From: Azolla caroliniana
Lineage: Eukaryota > Plantae > Polypodiophyta
Reading direction: 5' to 3'
DNA: 64,000 bases
Assembly: GCA_043228905.1 (NCBI GenBank)
Contig: JBHGNT010000010.1
Coordinates: forward strand, 5,022,001 to 5,086,000
Under the pieces are notes generated by a model. It was not told the origin of the DNA. It did not search any database and saw only the letters and a list, made by a program, of their open reading frames with translations. Positions within the stretch are counted from its first letter, which is position 1. Each line of letters begins with the position of its first letter. Of the stretch, positions 59,610-64,000 are shown piece after piece. A program made the translations under genes and the position numbers.

Positions 59610-62272
59610 AAAAAACAATTGAGTTTGTGTTTTTTTATGTCCCAATCAAACAAACAATTGAGTGTATATATGTATGTATGAATGGGGGAAGAATATTTTC
59701 TAGGTCACCCAATCAATCATATGCTCTCTCTCTCTCTCTCTCTCTCTCTATGTGTGTGTGTGTGTGTGTGTGTAGGTCACCTAACCCACCTCTTCCTCCA
59801 TAGGTCCCTTGACAAGCTGGCGCCTCCGCCTCTTTAAGCACGGCTCCTGGCTCCTCCTGGCCCACTGCCCCCCCCCCCCCCCCCCCCCACTGTAATGGAA
59901 TACTACGAGGACCAATAGTGCTTTAGGTCTCTCTGCTTTCTAGAACTCAAGAGACCCAAGGAGAAGTTGCGAAAGGACCACAACACAACCACACAATGTT
60001 CGTCGACAAAGAACAATCATCGCTTTCTTTTCGCCTTGCTGCTCGGTCTCACACCTCGAGCCGATCAAGGGCTGCACAAATGGGCTCCTTCCTAACCAAT
60101 GCATCGTAAAAAGGGATTATGAATCATGATAGATCGAGCAATAGCAAATTGTCATGCTCGCCATCCCCATCCTCTTGAACCATGATCTTGCCACCCCTTG
60201 TTGTCGACAAAATAAAGGCCATTATCTCCTGCTTCAGATATCTCTCCATTTTAGATCAACCTATTGTAGAGATCTTTCGAAGACAGAAAGATGCAATATA
60301 TTTGGCTCAAGAATCTTACACATATCGATTATGAGATTCTTTAGTCATGTCTTAATTCTATTTCTATTTAATTTTTACTTAGTTATGTCTAGCTTGGTTT
60401 GTTGTTCTCAAATGTAAGCCAACATTTCAAGTTGTAGCCCCTTGTTTGGTTTTATGGGCCATCTTAGGCTCTTAAAATCTGTAAATATATATTTTTTCTT
60501 TTTCTTTTTGCTTTGAGTGTTCATCTATGTTATGTGAACATCTTTGCAATGATTGTGTCTCACAAAATTTATGACTAAATATATTTGCCATTTCTGTCAA
60601 TTGTTCGTAATGATGATATCTGTAAAAGCAAGGAACAATGTAGTTGTATGTTTTCAAGTCTAAATATAGGGCATGGGACTAATATGTCCGGAAAATGTGA
60701 GAGAACTACACAACATTTGCAAAATATGATATGTTTGTTCACTCATTTCTTAAATTAGTTCGCACATCTAATGTCTTTGATTAATTAATTAGTTTACTTT
60801 GTCAACGGTTTTTTTTAGTAACACTTTTATTAGTAGTGGGAAACCTCAAAGTGAGATGACAACCCACAAAGAATAAAGAGAAGTATAAAAGTGTCAATTA
60901 GACTCTAAAGAGCTTAAAAGCACTCAAAGTAAAGATTGTAAATTTGCAGTGTGATGTCTCTAAGTTGCAAACAATCAAACAAAGATTGCCTGAGGGATTG
61001 CTTAAAGAAGCTGACTTCATGCAATTGATTTCGATCAAAGACCTTACTATTGCGGGCCATCCAGATGGTCTAGAGTGCCCAAAATCTTGACCAATCTTTG
61101 TCAACAATTTGGCTCCTCATCCCTTCTTAGAGAGCCCATCATTCATACAAAGACATTTTCATAGCTTCACTCGACACGTCTTCTTCCAAGCTTTTTCTTT
61201 GCTTTTTTTTTCATAAAAGACACATTGTTGACGTTGACCAAGCATTCATTAGCATTATCAACCATTTCTAGGGTTGTCTCATTCTCAAATAAAAGACGAG
61301 TGAGTGAACTTAATTTTTTTTTATTCGGAGAGGTTCGAGGAACGCCAATGTAGCACATCTATGCATCACAAACTTATATACAAGAATACATTAGTAAAAT
61401 CAATACAAAATGCAATAGTTTGAAGAAGTTTATAATAAAAAAATCATTAAAAATTCTATTTGAAAAATGGAACAGTACATTCCTTGCTTCTTTCCTTCGC
61501 AAAAGAGTGGAATGCCTAAATAGCTTTGGTATCAAAGAAGTCTGATACTGCATAAACATGCATGTGTGACTTACTAATGTAAGGCAATGCATACTGTAAT
61601 GCATCTGTACACATGAAAAAGGGCCAGTCGCTCAATTAAACTTGGGAATATTATGCCTCAAAGCATGCTTAATTACTTCCATACCACAAAATTCACTGGC
61701 TACAAGGAGAAAATTTAAACATTATTTTAGGGATGAAAGGGGAATCCTATAGTGCAAAAAGCAAATCTGAAAAAACATATAGAAATAGGACATAATTGTG
61801 ACCCACTTCCAAGTTGAGCATGTAAAATGATTGCGTAATAATCCACTTGCATGACAAACCCATAAAAGGATGAGGCAATAATCCACTTCCATGACAAGCC
61901 TATAGTATTATAACATAATAAAGTGGTCAATGAAAAGCCTCCAAAATTATCAACAATCAACTGAAAGGTATATATACATCACTGCTTGGGTCTTATTAAG
62001 AGCAATGGACCAAATACATCCCCATTCATGATAAAGTGCAATGTGGGAATATACTTGCCCTTGTCTATATGATGGATAAACACAATTACACAAAAGACTT
62101 CTGTATTTCAAGATGGATGCACCCAAAATTACAAGAATTCCAGCGAGAAATCAGCACAAAACCAGTTCAACTAGCACAATTGCCGATGTGCTAAAATACC
62201 TACCCATCATTATTACAATACAGTAGATATTTTGATAGTGTTATAACGTAAGATCGAACAAACTAGAGCCAT

Positions 62273-63987
62273 TTATCGGTTAGATTTTAGCAAGCTGAGC
62301 AACATCAGGAAGAGATTTAAGATGTCTAGGTATAGCGCCACTGAAGCCCAAATATACTCATCATAGCTGAAACGTTGGATGAGGTTGTCGGTGTCAAAAA
62401 TGATATAGCCACAGAATATAAGAGCACCTACTCCGGCGTATATCGATGTTGAAATGGGCCCTAGAGGGAAGAAAGCCTGCAGAACATATAATAAATCACA
62501 TTCAACCCCAAGTAGACTCAAAAATGAAAAGAAGAACTCACAAAATGGCTTACACATTCAACCCAGGTGGGGCAGTAAAAAATTCACAGAATTAAAGAAC
62601 TGTAAACTGTGTGTTACCTGAATGATGCCGAAGACAATGAGGATGATAAGGGATGTAAACAAGAAAGGGCCCATGAAGGAGAAATCATAGCCTTTCTTTG
62701 CCGCCCAGAAAGTGTATGCAGTCAAAGATAGAACGACCACTGCTGTCAGAATCAAAGCTTCAAGAACTATGGCTCCTGATGATGAAAGAAAACAATAATC
62801 AACCCACGAGTTAATTTAATTTTGAAACTCTAAGTACTATCCGACGATATGGATACTGATGAAATACTCAATCCAATGGAAATTAGTGCTATTGATATTC
62901 TCACCACTAGTGAAGGCACAAGAGATACCAACAGAGCAGCTAAGGGCGATTGTGAAGATGCCAAGCAAAACGAGGTTTACCGGATGCTTCTGGCGATAAT
63001 AATACATGGGGCACATCACTGCAGCAACCACAAAATAAACAAATAGGTGAGTTACAATAATACCCTTGCATAAAAGGCCAAGCCACTATAATGTATTGGG
63101 CCTTGCACAAGGCCAAGTATATATATCCTGCACAAAGGCATAGACATGCCAAACAGGTACAATCTGCAAAAAAGATATAGTCATGGGGCATGGACAGCAG
63201 ACGTATAGCAACATTACCATTACCCAAAGCATGATGCAAATTCACAGCAATGGAAGTTCTTAAACACAGAGATACATGTATTAAATCATACACAAAAAGA
63301 TATAGTCATGGAGCATGGACAGCAGACATATAGCAACATTACCATTACCCAAAGCATTATGCACATTCACAGCCCATGGAAGATCTTAAATGCAAACATA
63401 CATGTATTCAATCATACACAAAAAGGCATAGTCATGGGGCATGGACTGCAGACATATAGCAACATTGCCATTACCCTAAGCATTATGCAAATTCACAGTC
63501 TATAGAAGATCTTAAATACACACATACATGTATTCAATCATACACACACATACATGTATTCAATCATACACACACATACATGTATTGAATTATACACACA
63601 CATACATGTATTGAATTATACACACACATACATGTATTCAATCATACGCATACGGGCGGCTGCGCACGCAGAGGCAAACATACATCCATACACAATAAGA
63701 GAGACAAGAAGAGAGGAAATCAAACCGATGAATGGCGTGAGGGCGACGACGTAGAGAATGGCAGGGGTATTGAGAAGGAACTGAGAGGTCGGGGTGTGGA
63801 GGACGACGAAGGATGCGACAATGGAGGTGAGGAGAAGCTGAATGCCGACAATGCCATAGACTTTGCGGATGAGGCCCCATCGCATCTCGCTCTCAGATGC
63901 AGAGATTCCCGGATATAGCACATCACCGCCCCCCTGTTGCTCCACATCATAGAATGAATTCCCCGGTTTGCCATATCCACCCAACAT
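62273..63987 (-). CDS. BI-1-like / LIFEGUARD (TMBIM/GAAP) membrane protein, 245 aa
   Basis: Exons 63726-63987, 62905-63018, 62618-62775 and 62273-62476, GT-AG and in phase. Motifs LYPGI..SEMRWGLIRKVYGI, HPVNLVLLGIFT, YIIFDTDNLI, YDEYIWASVALYLDILNLFL. Confidence 0.95.
63170..63648. repeat. ~126-bp tandem repeat x3 grading into a ~26-bp minisatellite, in BI-1-like intron 1
   Basis: ATAGTCATGG.GCATGGAC at ~63177, 63302 and 63428; then CACACATACATGTATT(C/G)AAT(C/T)ATA about five times. Confidence 0.9.
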
Positions 63988-64000
63988 CTCTCTCTCTCTG

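Noticed and set aside
60150-62000. Gene in the PAT to BI-1 intergenic region
   Set aside because: Short AT-rich ORFs without recognisable domains or a consistent exon chain.

Overview
Land-plant nuclear DNA, probably a non-seed vascular plant such as a fern. That assignment is inferred from the PLS-PPR fragment and the Gypsy and LINE types. The first ~37 kb is a nested LTR-retrotransposon block: a PPR-derived 236-bp tandem array, a solo LTR, six Ty1/copia elements, one Ty3/gypsy element and a decayed Gypsy-like host. There are two nests. In the first, Copia-1 contains Copia-2, which contains Gypsy-3. In the second, Copia-4 contains Copia-5, which contains the intact, identical-LTR Copia-6 (22408-27775). 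The last ~27 kb holds three spliced genes: an alpha-D-phosphohexomutase (At5g17530-like, +), an ankyrin/DHHC S-acyltransferase (PAT23/PAT24-TIP1-like, -) and a BI-1-like/LFG protein (-). Their introns carry LINE fragments, a hAT MITE and tandem duplications. The most unusual signals are: tRNA-like Pol III modules (A box, B box, T-run) inside the LTRs of two Gypsy-type families; a Gypsy element whose two LTRs come from different subfamilies although it sits in a host with near-identical LTRs; and a satellite-like array built from a PPR gene fragment. All alignments and exon models were made by eye; no searches were run.
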